Origin: an uncultured Candidatus Saccharibacteria bacterium
Lineage (GTDB): Bacteria > Patescibacteriota > UBA1384 > XYA2-FULL-43-10 > 1-14-0-10-43-13
Direction of reading: 5' to 3'
Length of the DNA: 64,000 nt
NCBI GenBank assembly: GCA_964364265.1
Contig: CAYILA010000004.1
Location: forward strand, 9,126-73,125
The notes under the pieces are model-generated. The model saw nothing but the letters and a program-made list of their open reading frames with translations. It was not told the DNA's origin and searched no databases. Positions 48,489 through 57,430 of this stretch are shown piece by piece (within the stretch, counting starts at the first letter, position 1; the number at the start of each line of letters is the position of its first letter). The position numbers and the translations under genes are program-made.

Positions 48489-48992
48489 TTAAAATCTCAA
48501 GAAGCGATTAAAGAAATCTCCGACATCTTCGCCTCTCGGTTCCTCTTCCGGAAGATGTTTGACGAGCAACTCTCGAACCTTATCGATATCTATCTTTTCA
48601 AGAGGCATCGTGATCTCGCCGGATAATCTGCCCAGGAGTTTGAATTTAATCTTCGGGATTTCGCCGGTTGTCAGCCAGAATGATTTGAACTGCTCATACT
48701 TGTACGGCTTTGATTCGATAATGACTCCCTGCTGGAATATCTCGCAATGAATTTCTTTAGGTTTGACTACCGACATAATGGCGAAAACGGCCGTGGCCGC
48801 AACGACTACAATCGAACCGCTCAATTGGCCGAAATAGTAAAGTCCGGCCGCAATGACGATGCCGGCCAGAGAAACCAACACATACCAATTATTGCTCTTG
48901 CTGTAATGAACATACTCTGCCGAATCCCATGAGAGAATTGGTTTCTGCATCTGCTCGTTCAATTTCTTGTCTTCAATCTTTTCTTCAGCCAT
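48489..48992 (-). CDS. Hypothetical membrane protein (2 TM)
   Basis: 167 aa; hydrophobic pair followed by a soluble domain. Confidence 0.4.
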   Translation of the reverse strand: MAEEKIEDKKLNEQMQKPILSWDSAEYVHYSKSNNWYVLVSLAGIVIAAGLYYFGQLSGSIVVVAATAVFAIMSVVKPKEIHCEIFQQGVIIESKPYKYEQFKSFWLTTGEIPKIKFKLLGRLSGEITMPLEKIDIDKVRELLVKHLPEEEPRGEDVGDFFNRFLRF

Positions 48993-49014
48993 ATTTCCTC
49001 CTTTTATGTGAATG

Positions 49015-49050
49015 GCGGGACGCTAAGCGTCCCTTTCGCCACGCTTAGCG
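49015..49050. other. Two adjacent perfect palindromes (gggacgc-taa-gcgtccc and cgccacgc-tta-gcgtggcg) immediately 3' of tRNA-Ser
   Basis: Seen in the sequence; likely transcript 3' structure. Confidence 0.5.
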
Positions 49051-49143
49051 TGGCGGAGAGAATGGGATTCGAACCCATGTGGCGGCTTTTAGACCACCGA
49101 CGGTTTAGCAAACCGTTCCCTTAAGCCTCTCGGGCATCTCTCC
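49051..49143 (-). tRNA. tRNA-Ser (anticodon GCT), long variable arm, CCA encoded
   Basis: Acceptor ggagaga/tctctcc, anticodon stem acggt/accgt with loop ttGCTaa, variable arm cggtggtctaaaagccgccac, T-arm atggg-ttcgaat-cccat. Confidence 0.85.
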
Positions 49144-49147
49144 ATAA

Positions 49148-49399
49148 TTATTTCATTAATCTTTTGAAAGCTTCACCGCCTTTATAAGATTTGATTTGTT
49201 TTTCCCGTCTCATCGCTTCTGACCTTGTTTCAAAGATCTCCGTGTATTTGACTATCCAAGGAATGCCGTTCTTAGTAGACCGAGTCATGCCATCGTTGTG
49301 TCTCTCTAATCTGACTGTCATATCCTCGCACGATCCGATATAAAATCTTCCGTGTTTTTTACTTTGAATCACATAAGCATAAAACGACATATAATCCAC
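49148..49399 (-). CDS. GIY-YIG nuclease family small protein
   Basis: YAYVIQSKKHGRFYIGSCEDMTVRLERHN...REKQIK matches the GIY-YIG core; likely start is the ATG at 49390, since the GTG at 49399 lies inside the tRNA-fragment repeat. Confidence 0.8.
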   Translation of the reverse strand: MDYMSFYAYVIQSKKHGRFYIGSCEDMTVRLERHNDGMTRSTKNGIPWIVKYTEIFETRSEAMRREKQIKSYKGGEAFKRLMK

Positions 49400-49442
49400 C
49401 GACGGTTTAGTCCCGCCAACGGCGGGATTCCCTTATCCGCAT
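49391..49442. repeat. Diverged duplicate of the 5' half of tRNA-Ser flanking the GIY-YIG gene
   Basis: ggagagatgc ... aagggaa ... ctaaaccgtcggtgg is shared with the 5' part of tRNA-Ser at 49099-49143. Confidence 0.5.
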
Positions 49443-49594
49443 CTCTCCATTTGTAACACTAAACAAGAGAACTTTGCTATGTTCCCGGTTGCTTGGCTCT
49501 TGTTTTCAGTAACCAAATTACCACAAGTTGACATAATTGTATACTGCAGATGCGTAGTAGTGAGTGCGTACCAAAATATTTCACTTATCTAATT

Positions 49595-49625
49595 CTTGAC
49601 GGCAGTACTACGGAATAGTATATAA
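49595..49625 (+). promoter_or_regulatory. Strong sigma-70-like promoter (TTGACG, 17-nt spacer, TATATAAT) giving a leaderless or near-leaderless transcript for ORF 49634
   Basis: Consensus boxes read directly; ATG 9 nt after the -10 with no RBS. Confidence 0.55.
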
Positions 49626-49633
49626 TCAAACCC

Positions 49634-50158
49634 ATGAAGAAATTACTCCTAATTGCATTATTGAGTTCTGGTTTTGTACCGCTCTCTGCAGGTCAAGCTT
49701 ACGCCCAATGTCCTGTCTGCACCGCCGCCGCGCTGGGCGGCGTCGGCCTGGCCAGGTGGCTGAAAATTGATGATCTGGTGACCGGACTCTGGGTCGGCGG
49801 GGCTCTTGCCTCAACCACAGCCTGGACAATCAACTGGCTAAACAAGAAGAATATCAAATTTGTAGGCAGGAAGATTCTTATAGCTCTCATCACTTACGGA
49901 TTCGTCCTTGTTCCTTTCCACTACAAGGGGATTATCACTCACCCGCGCAATAAATACATCGGCGATTTTTACCTCGGAATCGATAAACTGGTCCTTGGGA
50001 TAATTATCGGCACTATTTTTCTGGCCGTAGCTGTCATGGCTTACGAAACGGTCAAGAGAAAGAACGCCGGCCACGCCCATTTCCCATTCGAAAAAGTTGC
50101 TTTCCCGATCGGCGCTTTGGCAATAATGAGCGTCATATTTTATTTCATAACCAAATAG
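49634..50158 (+). CDS. Hypothetical secreted/membrane protein (signal peptide plus about 4 TM)
   Basis: N-terminal signal-like MKKLLLIALLSSGFVPLSAGQAYA; no family recognised. Confidence 0.45.
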   Translation: MKKLLLIALLSSGFVPLSAGQAYAQCPVCTAAALGGVGLARWLKIDDLVTGLWVGGALASTTAWTINWLNKKNIKFVGRKILIALITYGFVLVPFHYKGIITHPRNKYIGDFYLGIDKLVLGIIIGTIFLAVAVMAYETVKRKNAGHAHFPFEKVAFPIGALAIMSVIFYFITK

Positions 50159-50165
50159 GAACAAG

Positions 50166-50687
50166 ATGGCGATATCCAATCCAGACGACCTGCTCAAAAA
50201 AATCAAATTAAGCAAAGAGAACAAGCTCGACCTTTCGGCCGATGAAGACCTTTCAATTGCTATCATGAACTTGATCTCAATCGAGGAGCACTTCTTCTTC
50301 ACCGCCAAGAAAACCGGCAAAGCCAAGTATTTTGATCTGCTCAAAGAAGTTCGCGAGATGCGGAAAGACCTGCTAAAAAGAATTGTGAAGGACTCCGAAG
50401 GCGAGGTCTGGTGCATCTCCAAGCACCTTTTAGCTTCATCGATGCGCCTGATGGAGGTCGGGACTAAGGAGCTAGGTCGCGGCCGCAAAAAAGAAGCCGA
50501 GGATTTATTCGAAAAGGCCTATAATCTTTATTCCCTGTTCTGGGGCATCAACTTGAATGCTATCGACATTGGAGATGTCAAAAAGATCGACGACGATAAA
50601 ATTGATAAAAACGATACTAAAAAGAACTCCGTAATGAGTAAATTGGGAAGTTTAGTAAAGCGCGCGATAGACTGTTGCATAGAATAA
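50166..50687 (+). CDS. Hypothetical helical cytoplasmic protein
   Basis: Adjacent to the preceding ORF on the same strand (8-nt gap); no family recognised. Confidence 0.45.
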   Translation: MAISNPDDLLKKIKLSKENKLDLSADEDLSIAIMNLISIEEHFFFTAKKTGKAKYFDLLKEVREMRKDLLKRIVKDSEGEVWCISKHLLASSMRLMEVGTKELGRGRKKEAEDLFEKAYNLYSLFWGINLNAIDIGDVKKIDDDKIDKNDTKKNSVMSKLGSLVKRAIDCCIE

Positions 50688-50739
50688 ATCTGTCTTGCCC
50701 TGCGTAGCTCGAAGAGCGAAGTGGGGTTGCATAGAATAA

Positions 50740-51717
50740 CTAATATGGAGCTGGGATCAAGTTGGCGATTATTTTGATGATCGTGTCCTTATCTTTTGGG
50801 TTGCTGATAGCCACCAGTAATGCCAAAGCGACCAAAGTATCTTTGTCGATGCGCAGGAAACCATTTTGATCTAAATAATAGACGAATAGAAGCGAGGCAA
50901 TCCGTTTGTTGCCGTCAAAGAACGGGTGGTCTTTGACCACAAAGTAGAGCAGATGAGATGCTTTCTCGGCTGCAGTCGGATAAAGATCCACCCCATCAAA
51001 ACTTTGATATAAGTTGCCGATAATGCCAGGCAAGCGGTCACCATTATCGCGGCCAAAAAGATCGCCGGCCTCTTTTTTTGATGTGAGGTCATTTTTCAGT
51101 TCCGCTATGATTTTCTGGCAATCTTCATATTCAAGGTGATATTTGCCTTTCGTTCCCTTCGGAAGTTTAAGATTCCCTTCGTCATATTTGTACAACAAAG
51201 AAAACGAATCGGTGTAGTTGTCGATAATTTGAATCAGATCACCCTTTTTGCCTTCCAGCAAATCCGAATCGGCTGAATTCCGGATGAATTTGATAGCGTT
51301 TTGCAGTTCCAGGAATGCTTGCCTTTGCTCAAGCAGACGCTTCTCGTTGACGGCATAGCCCTTCACCAGATAATCCCGCAGTATTTTATTCGCCCAGATA
51401 CGGAATTGCGTCCCTTGTTTTGATTTGACGCGAAAACCGACCGAAATGATGACATCGAGATTGTAATACGCCACCTCGTATGTTTTCCCGTCCGCAGCAG
51501 TTGTTGCAAATTTTGCAACAACTGAATTCTTGGATAGTTCTTTCTCGCGAAAGATATTGCTGATGTGCCGTGAAATTACCGACTTATCACGACAGAAAAG
51601 TTCGGCCATCTGGTCTAAACTTAGCCAAACCGTTTCACCGAGTAATCTAACTTCAATCTTCGCTTTGCCTAAAGCATAGATTTTAACTTCACCCTTTTTG
51701 AGTTCTTCCTTTTTCAT
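50740..51717 (-). CDS. Fic/Doc family protein with an N-terminal RhuM-like domain
   Basis: RhuM-like N-terminus (TVWLSLDQMAELFCRDKSVISRHISNIF ... YNLDVIISVGFRVKS ... GTQFRIWA) and Fic motif HPFFDGNKRIASLLF. Confidence 0.85.
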   Translation of the reverse strand: MKKEELKKGEVKIYALGKAKIEVRLLGETVWLSLDQMAELFCRDKSVISRHISNIFREKELSKNSVVAKFATTAADGKTYEVAYYNLDVIISVGFRVKSKQGTQFRIWANKILRDYLVKGYAVNEKRLLEQRQAFLELQNAIKFIRNSADSDLLEGKKGDLIQIIDNYTDSFSLLYKYDEGNLKLPKGTKGKYHLEYEDCQKIIAELKNDLTSKKEAGDLFGRDNGDRLPGIIGNLYQSFDGVDLYPTAAEKASHLLYFVVKDHPFFDGNKRIASLLFVYYLDQNGFLRIDKDTLVALALLVAISNPKDKDTIIKIIANLIPAPY

Positions 51718-51837
51718 AACACCCCTCCTTAAATATTAAGACGATCATACCGAACATATACCAAACATGTCAACACATAGTTATAGAAAAGGCGGCTGGC
51801 TGGAGATAAGCTCCAACACAGCCGCCTGAATTGCGGT

Positions 51838-52047
51838 TCACCCGCCGCGTTTTGCCGCCGCCCGTTTGAACGAGCGGCGCACTCGCAAGGGAACAAATGT
51901 TTCCGGGTTGCTTCTGCAAGTCCCCGGGCAAGGACAGAGTGTTTTAACCTGATAACCCGAGGCATTGGGCATATACCGAACATGAATATGCCCGTCGCAA
52001 TATACGGCAGACAAGCCGTATGCTGCTCGCTCAATCATCTGAACCAT
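51838..52047 (-). CDS. Hypothetical small Cys-rich protein in a GC-rich patch (about 58% GC)
   Basis: 69-aa ORF with RBS gagagg; its own terminator hairpin ggcggctg...cagccgcc plus T-run at 51792-51830 on the minus strand. Confidence 0.3.
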   Translation of the reverse strand: MVQMIERAAYGLSAVYCDGHIHVRYMPNASGYQVKTLCPCPGTCRSNPETFVPLRVRRSFKRAAAKRGG

Positions 52048-52270
52048 CGAGACCTCCTCTCAAGGGCGCGTCCAGTCGAAATGATAGTACATTATGGCTC
52101 TCAAATTAGTCAACAAAAAAGCTGGGTGACCGCAAGGTTAAAAGGCTCTTTTCCTATTGATAGTTCTCGACCCCGCCTTGGCGGGGCTCGAACAATAATG
52201 AAGCTGGATTCCCGCTGGAGTTTATCCCGTACTCCGATACGGGGCGGGAATGACTCGACAAAATATCGCC

Positions 52271-53521
52271 TTAAATTTTCCCTCGTAACTTGGCGGCGGA
52301 GAGGATGCGTTTCATAGCTATAATGTAGGCCGCGGTGCGGTAGTCGGTTTTTGATTCCTTCGCCTGATCGGAAACCCGCTTCCAGGCGTCTTTCATCATT
52401 AGTTCAAGCTTCTTCTTCAGGTACTCCGGATCAAGGATATTTCCGGTCCGATTCTGCGCCCACTCAAAGTAGGAGACAACCACGCCTCCGGCGTTGGCTA
52501 GGATATCAGGAACGATCGCCACACCTTTTTCAAACAATATCTTGTCCGCTTCAGGCGTAATTGGCCCGTTTGCAAGTTCAATTATGTACTTGGCTTTAAT
52601 CTTGCCGGCGTTCTCCTTCGTAATCTGATTTTCAAGCGCCGCCAATATCAGGACATCAACATCCAATTCCAATAATTCATCATTGGAAATCTGCCGGCCC
52701 ATTGGACATTCACAGCTTTTGACGGTACCCTCTTTTTCCTTCAAAGCCGTTAGTTTATCAAAGCAGATCTTTTTTTGGCAGTTCATCCCCCCTCGGCTGT
52801 CCGAAACGCCGACTATCCGGTATCCGGCATCAAGGAGCATCTTGGCAAAGTTATGCCCGGCGTTGCCGAACCCTTGAATTGCGATTTTTAAGTCCTTTTT
52901 ATTCGTAAGATCCCTCGACTTCGCTCGGGATGACAGGGAGGAGATAAGCTCCTCGAATATTAGATAGGCACCGCGCGCAGTTGAATCCGATCGCAAAGCG
53001 ATTCCGCCAAGGTCGATTGGCTTGCCGGTTATCATCCCCGGCTCATGATGCCCGACTTTCTTCTCGTATTCATCCAAAATCCAAGCCATAATCTGGCCGT
53101 CGGTATAAACATCTGGCGCCGGTATATCGGTGTCCTGTCCCAAGACCTTGTAGAAGGCGCGAGAATAGCTTCTGGAAACTTTTTCTAGGTATTTTTGGCT
53201 CTTGCCCTTCGGATTAAATTTCACTCCGCCTTTTGCGCCGCCGTACGGGAGACCAAGCAAAGAATTTTTCATACTCATCCAAAATGAGAGCGATTTGACC
53301 TCGTCTTCCGATACTTCGGGGTGAAATCTGATCCCGCCCTTGCCCGGTCCCAAATCATTGTTGTGAACAATTCGCCAACTCGGCAGCTTATCGCCTTCAA
53401 TATTCAATATCGATTTGCTGACCTGATGGTGCTTTAATAAATATTTGATCTCGTTGTCATTAAATCCGGCAATATCTTTAATTTTATCTAATCTATCAAT
53501 AATCGAGTTGAATGTGGACAT
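52271..53521 (-). CDS. gdhA: Glutamate dehydrogenase (Glu/Leu/Phe/Val dehydrogenase family)
   Basis: GGIRFHP ... GGAKGG catalytic region and NAD(P)-binding Rossmann motif GFGNAG; in-frame PE-1 half-insertion (LSSRAKSRDL). Confidence 0.9.
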   Translation of the reverse strand: MSTFNSIIDRLDKIKDIAGFNDNEIKYLLKHHQVSKSILNIEGDKLPSWRIVHNNDLGPGKGGIRFHPEVSEDEVKSLSFWMSMKNSLLGLPYGGAKGGVKFNPKGKSQKYLEKVSRSYSRAFYKVLGQDTDIPAPDVYTDGQIMAWILDEYEKKVGHHEPGMITGKPIDLGGIALRSDSTARGAYLIFEELISSLSSRAKSRDLTNKKDLKIAIQGFGNAGHNFAKMLLDAGYRIVGVSDSRGGMNCQKKICFDKLTALKEKEGTVKSCECPMGRQISNDELLELDVDVLILAALENQITKENAGKIKAKYIIELANGPITPEADKILFEKGVAIVPDILANAGGVVVSYFEWAQNRTGNILDPEYLKKKLELMMKDAWKRVSDQAKESKTDYRTAAYIIAMKRILSAAKLRGKI

Positions 53522-53570
53522 AAAACCTTATTTATAGTTAATCAGCTTACCTGCTTACCAGCTGTTACGC

Positions 53571-53903
53571 TTATTTCACTGCCTCCAATATTTTTTCTTT
53601 CAGATCGGCAGCCGGGCGGGCGCCGGTAATTTCCGATACTACTTTGCCTCCCTTGAAAACCCGCAAATTTGGCACGCTCATTATCCGTAATTCGTTCGCC
53701 AAATCCATATTCTCGTCTTTGTCTATTTGCAACTTGGCAATCTTCACAACACCCTCTAGTCCCTTGTCCTTCGCAAGTTCGTCGATAATCGGGTTCATCA
53801 TCTGGCAGGGCTGGCACCAGCTCGCCCAAAAGTCTACAAAAACAGGCGCTTCTGAATCAAGCACCTCTGTCTTAAAGTTTTTTGCATCCAGTTCTATTGG
53901 CAT
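53571..53903 (-). CDS. trxA: Thioredoxin
   Basis: WCQPC active site (variant of WCGPC). Confidence 0.9.
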   Translation of the reverse strand: MPIELDAKNFKTEVLDSEAPVFVDFWASWCQPCQMMNPIIDELAKDKGLEGVVKIAKLQIDKDENMDLANELRIMSVPNLRVFKGGKVVSEITGARPAADLKEKILEAVK

Positions 53904-53908
53904 ATAGT

Positions 53909-53965
53909 CTCCTAACTCCTACTAAATTACGAATTTATTCAAAATTACGAAATTACGAATTATTT
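53909..53965. promoter_or_regulatory. PE-3 leader element upstream of trxA
   Basis: cctaactcctactaaattacgaatttattcaaaattacgaaattacgaat. Confidence 0.45.
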
Positions 53966-54247
53966 ATTGTTCGAGCCCCGCCAAGGCGGGGTCGAGAACT
54001 ATCTCTAATATGATCTCGACATTACATGCCTACCGATAGGCAGACCTGCCTGCGGCAGGCAGGTTCGAAGAATAAGTAATAGATATTTTAACAATAGATT
54101 GGAAACAATACAATACAAAAAGTTATCAACAACAAAACTTAAACCAACATGTAAAATAAATTTATATCCTCTAAAATTGGCTTCTGCTCTAATCAATTAA
54201 AAAACTATCTTTTGTGTTTGCAAAAACAAGTTGTCGCGGTAATAACT

Positions 54248-54448
54248 TTATGCCTCTTTTTCTTTGCTCCAGAAGGCAACTGCGACATAGATTGCCGCTA
54301 GGCCGACAAGCGTGTAAACGACTCTAGTCACCGTTGACAGATCACCAAATATTGCCGCGACCAAATCATACTTGAACAAGCCGACAAGTCCCCAGTTCAA
54401 CCCGCCGATTATCAAAAGAACGATTGATGTTACGTACATTTTTTTCAC
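54248..54448 (-). CDS. DUF378 family small membrane protein
   Basis: GGLNWGLVGLF motif. Confidence 0.7.
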   Translation of the reverse strand: MKKMYVTSIVLLIIGGLNWGLVGLFKYDLVAAIFGDLSTVTRVVYTLVGLAAIYVAVAFWSKEKEA

Positions 54449-54544
54449 CTCCCTTCGTAACTTAATGATTTAATTATATCACTACCTGCAATAATTAAAA
54501 CAATATCTGGTAATTTATGCCGTTTTATTGTAGAATCATTCGAC

Positions 54545-55840
54545 ATGAAGAAAGTATTTATTGCAATGAGCGGTGGGGTAGACAGTTCTGTGGCCGCGGC
54601 TCTCCTCAAAGATCAGGGATACGATGTTACCGGCGTATTCATGAAGTTCTGGAGCCCCAACTTCGCTTCCGCCTCCGGCGGAGCTTCGCTGGGCGAGCCC
54701 GACGACAATCAGAGCTCTTTTTGCCTATGGAAGAAGGAGCGCGAAGATGCCCTGCGCGTCGCCGCCATCATAGATATTCCACTTTTAACTTGGGATTTCA
54801 CTAAGGAATACGAGAGTAAGGTTGTTGATTATATGATTGATGCCTACAAACAGGGTATAACTCCCAATCCCGATCTGATGTGTAACAAAGAGATCAAGTT
54901 CGGAATGTTCTTTAATAAAGCTCTTGCCGAAGGCGCCGATTTAATCGCGACCGGACATTACGCGCAAATTAGAATTAAGAATCAAGAATTAAGAATCAAG
55001 GGTAGTTGTCATTCCTGCGAAAGCAGGAATCTTAAGATCCCTGATCTAGTCAGGGATGACAGTCATAACGGATACGAACTGTTAAAGGCGAAAGATCTCA
55101 ATAAAGATCAAAGCTATTTCCTATACACGCTTAACCAGAAACATCTAAGCAAGACCTTGTTCCCAATCGGAAAATACACCAAACCACAAGTGCGTGAACT
55201 TGCAAAGAAGTTCGGTCTCCCGACAGCCGAGAAGAAGGATAGCCAGGGCGTCTGCTTTATCGGACCACTCAAAGTCAGGGAATTTCTGAAGGAGAGAATC
55301 AAACCGAAAAAAGGCAGCATAGTCAAAATTAGTAAATCAGCCCCGAAGGGGAGCCTTCGGCTCCATCAGCTAATCAGTAAATCAGTTATAAAATCTGATC
55401 CGCTTGTTTTTGGTACTCACGACGGAGTTTATTACTACACTATCGGCCAGCGGCACGGTATGGACATTAAAAACGGCGGCGGTCCATACTTTGTGACCAG
55501 AAAAGATGTTAAGAAAAATATTCTCTATGTCGGAGAAGAGAAAGATCTCTATTCCGATACGGCCATTGTGCCTAATGTAACTTGGGTTGGGGCAATGCCA
55601 ATACTACCCGCCGAAATTGGAGTTAAGATTAGGTATAGAAGCGAGTCCATTCCGTGTGTGCTGGAAAACAATGAAGCAATTGAACAATTGAACAATGACG
55701 GGCTTTGTACTGCTGAATCAGAGAGATATAATCATTCACTAAAACTACGATTTCATAAAAGAGCAAGAGCCATCACACCCGGACAGGCTGCTGTCTTCTA
55801 TGACGATGATAAAGTCCTCGGAGGCGGGACAATTATTTAA
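54545..55840 (+). CDS. mnmA: tRNA-specific 2-thiouridylase MnmA
   Basis: PP-loop SGGVDSS; in-frame inserts: aattaagaatcaag tandem, PE-1 (55006-55062, CHSCESRNLKIPDLVRDDS), and a caattgaacaat tandem (NNEAIEQLNN). Confidence 0.9.
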   Translation: MKKVFIAMSGGVDSSVAAALLKDQGYDVTGVFMKFWSPNFASASGGASLGEPDDNQSSFCLWKKEREDALRVAAIIDIPLLTWDFTKEYESKVVDYMIDAYKQGITPNPDLMCNKEIKFGMFFNKALAEGADLIATGHYAQIRIKNQELRIKGSCHSCESRNLKIPDLVRDDSHNGYELLKAKDLNKDQSYFLYTLNQKHLSKTLFPIGKYTKPQVRELAKKFGLPTAEKKDSQGVCFIGPLKVREFLKERIKPKKGSIVKISKSAPKGSLRLHQLISKSVIKSDPLVFGTHDGVYYYTIGQRHGMDIKNGGGPYFVTRKDVKKNILYVGEEKDLYSDTAIVPNVTWVGAMPILPAEIGVKIRYRSESIPCVLENNEAIEQLNNDGLCTAESERYNHSLKLRFHKRARAITPGQAAVFYDDDKVLGGGTII

Positions 55841-57401
55841 TCGGCAGGGAGAAGGCGAAGGTGCTGCCTTTGCCCTTTTCCGACTTCAGCCAGATATCAC
55901 CGCCGTGTAATTTAATGATGCTTTTGCAGATGTATAAGCTCAAACCGGTGCCCTGCTGTTCCTGCGGATGATCTTCGTCAAACCTTCCTGGCTGGTAGAA
56001 TTTCTCAAAGAGATGCTCTTGGTCGGTCTCGGAAATCCCGACGCCGCTGTCCGAGATGGAAATAACTACGCGGTCGTCCTCTAAGCGAGAGTTGATGATG
56101 ATTTTGCCTTTGGATGTGAACTTGTTGGCATTGCTGATTAAATTCTCCAGAACCTGCTTAATCTTGTCCCGATCAAAAGCAATTTTAACATTTAAATCTT
56201 TGAGACCGTAAAATTCCAGGACATTGTTATTCTTGACAATCTCGCGCTCAAAACCGGATGCGATATCCCTGACAAAACTATTAATATCCGTCTCAACCGG
56301 ACGAAGCTCAATCTTTTTCTGGTCAAGTTGTATTACATCAAGCGTGTCTTTCACCATCTTAGCCAGACGACCAGAATCGGCTAAAACGGGCAAAAGAAAC
56401 CTGCTCTGGTCGGGAGTCAAATGTGAAAGATTCTCGTGTATCGCCATATCGAGCCGACCGCGGATCGCCGTAATCGGCGTATTCAATTCGTGCGTCGCCA
56501 TATCGATAAACTCGTCTTTCATCTTGTCAAGCTTCTCCAGCTCCTCTTTATCCTTTTCGAGTTGGATATTTTTCTGCCGCAAAGCGGCGTTTGCCTTTGA
56601 TTCGGAAAGAACGGAGTTCACCAGCAAGGCGCTGCCAATCGCAATCATGCCCAATATCACAAATTCCAGCGTGCCGTGACTGATTGAAACCGATGCGATC
56701 GCCGCCAATATCAAAAGCAATGCCCAAACCTCGGAAAGCACGACGCGCGGTTCCCAAATGTGATGCTTGGTCGCCATATAGGCAGTCGCCATGCTCCAGG
56801 GTAAAATGGTGAGGGGGCCGTAGCCGGTGTAGTCGTAGATTTTCATCATCGGCAGAATCATATTAGTCAAAGTTGTAATTCCCAATGTAAAAGCAAATCC
56901 GGCCGAGAGATAATTCAATTGAACCCGTTTTATGCCGGTTAGGGTCTTATAACCGATATAAATTACCTTGATCAGCCAAGCAACATAAAAGAAATAAAGA
57001 ATTTCAAAAATCAGCAGGAGCGGTCCGGCTCCCTCGGTCACAATGCTCCCCTGTATTATCTCCATTTTAGGAAAGAGCATCCCCTCTGTCGGCGCCAGCA
57101 ATGCCACAACGAACGGCGGGGCGAATAAAAGCGTCGCCTGCCACTTTGCAATAATTCGACCGGCCAGCAGCTTCAAAAAGACAATGCAACTCGGTATCGC
57201 AAAAATGCCGAACGAGAAAGTCAGCCGGCCGAAGAAAGTGCTTTGATAGATTGAGGTCAAAACGATGCTGCCGGCCCAAAAAGCAAGCAGAAGCAAGGCC
57301 AAACATATCAGTTTATTCATAACCGACTTGCGGTTGGAAAATAACACCAAAAGGGCGATGACAAAAGTCGTGCCCACGCTGATTATTTCAATTATGGTCA
57401 A
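55833..57401 (-). CDS. Sensor histidine kinase (polytopic N-terminus, HisKA, HATPase_c)
   Basis: H-box HELNTPITAI; G-boxes in the C-terminus. Confidence 0.85.
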   Translation of the reverse strand: MTIIEIISVGTTFVIALLVLFSNRKSVMNKLICLALLLLAFWAGSIVLTSIYQSTFFGRLTFSFGIFAIPSCIVFLKLLAGRIIAKWQATLLFAPPFVVALLAPTEGMLFPKMEIIQGSIVTEGAGPLLLIFEILYFFYVAWLIKVIYIGYKTLTGIKRVQLNYLSAGFAFTLGITTLTNMILPMMKIYDYTGYGPLTILPWSMATAYMATKHHIWEPRVVLSEVWALLLILAAIASVSISHGTLEFVILGMIAIGSALLVNSVLSESKANAALRQKNIQLEKDKEELEKLDKMKDEFIDMATHELNTPITAIRGRLDMAIHENLSHLTPDQSRFLLPVLADSGRLAKMVKDTLDVIQLDQKKIELRPVETDINSFVRDIASGFEREIVKNNNVLEFYGLKDLNVKIAFDRDKIKQVLENLISNANKFTSKGKIIINSRLEDDRVVISISDSGVGISETDQEHLFEKFYQPGRFDEDHPQEQQGTGLSLYICKSIIKLHGGDIWLKSEKGKGSTFAFSLPIK

Positions 57402-57430
57402 AATATTTTCGATACACCCCTCCTAGGCCT

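Noticed and set aside
49391-49449. A second complete tRNA downstream of the GIY-YIG gene
   Set aside because: Only the first ~50 nt resemble tRNA-Ser. There is no T-arm or 3' acceptor strand, so it is treated as a fragment or repeat.
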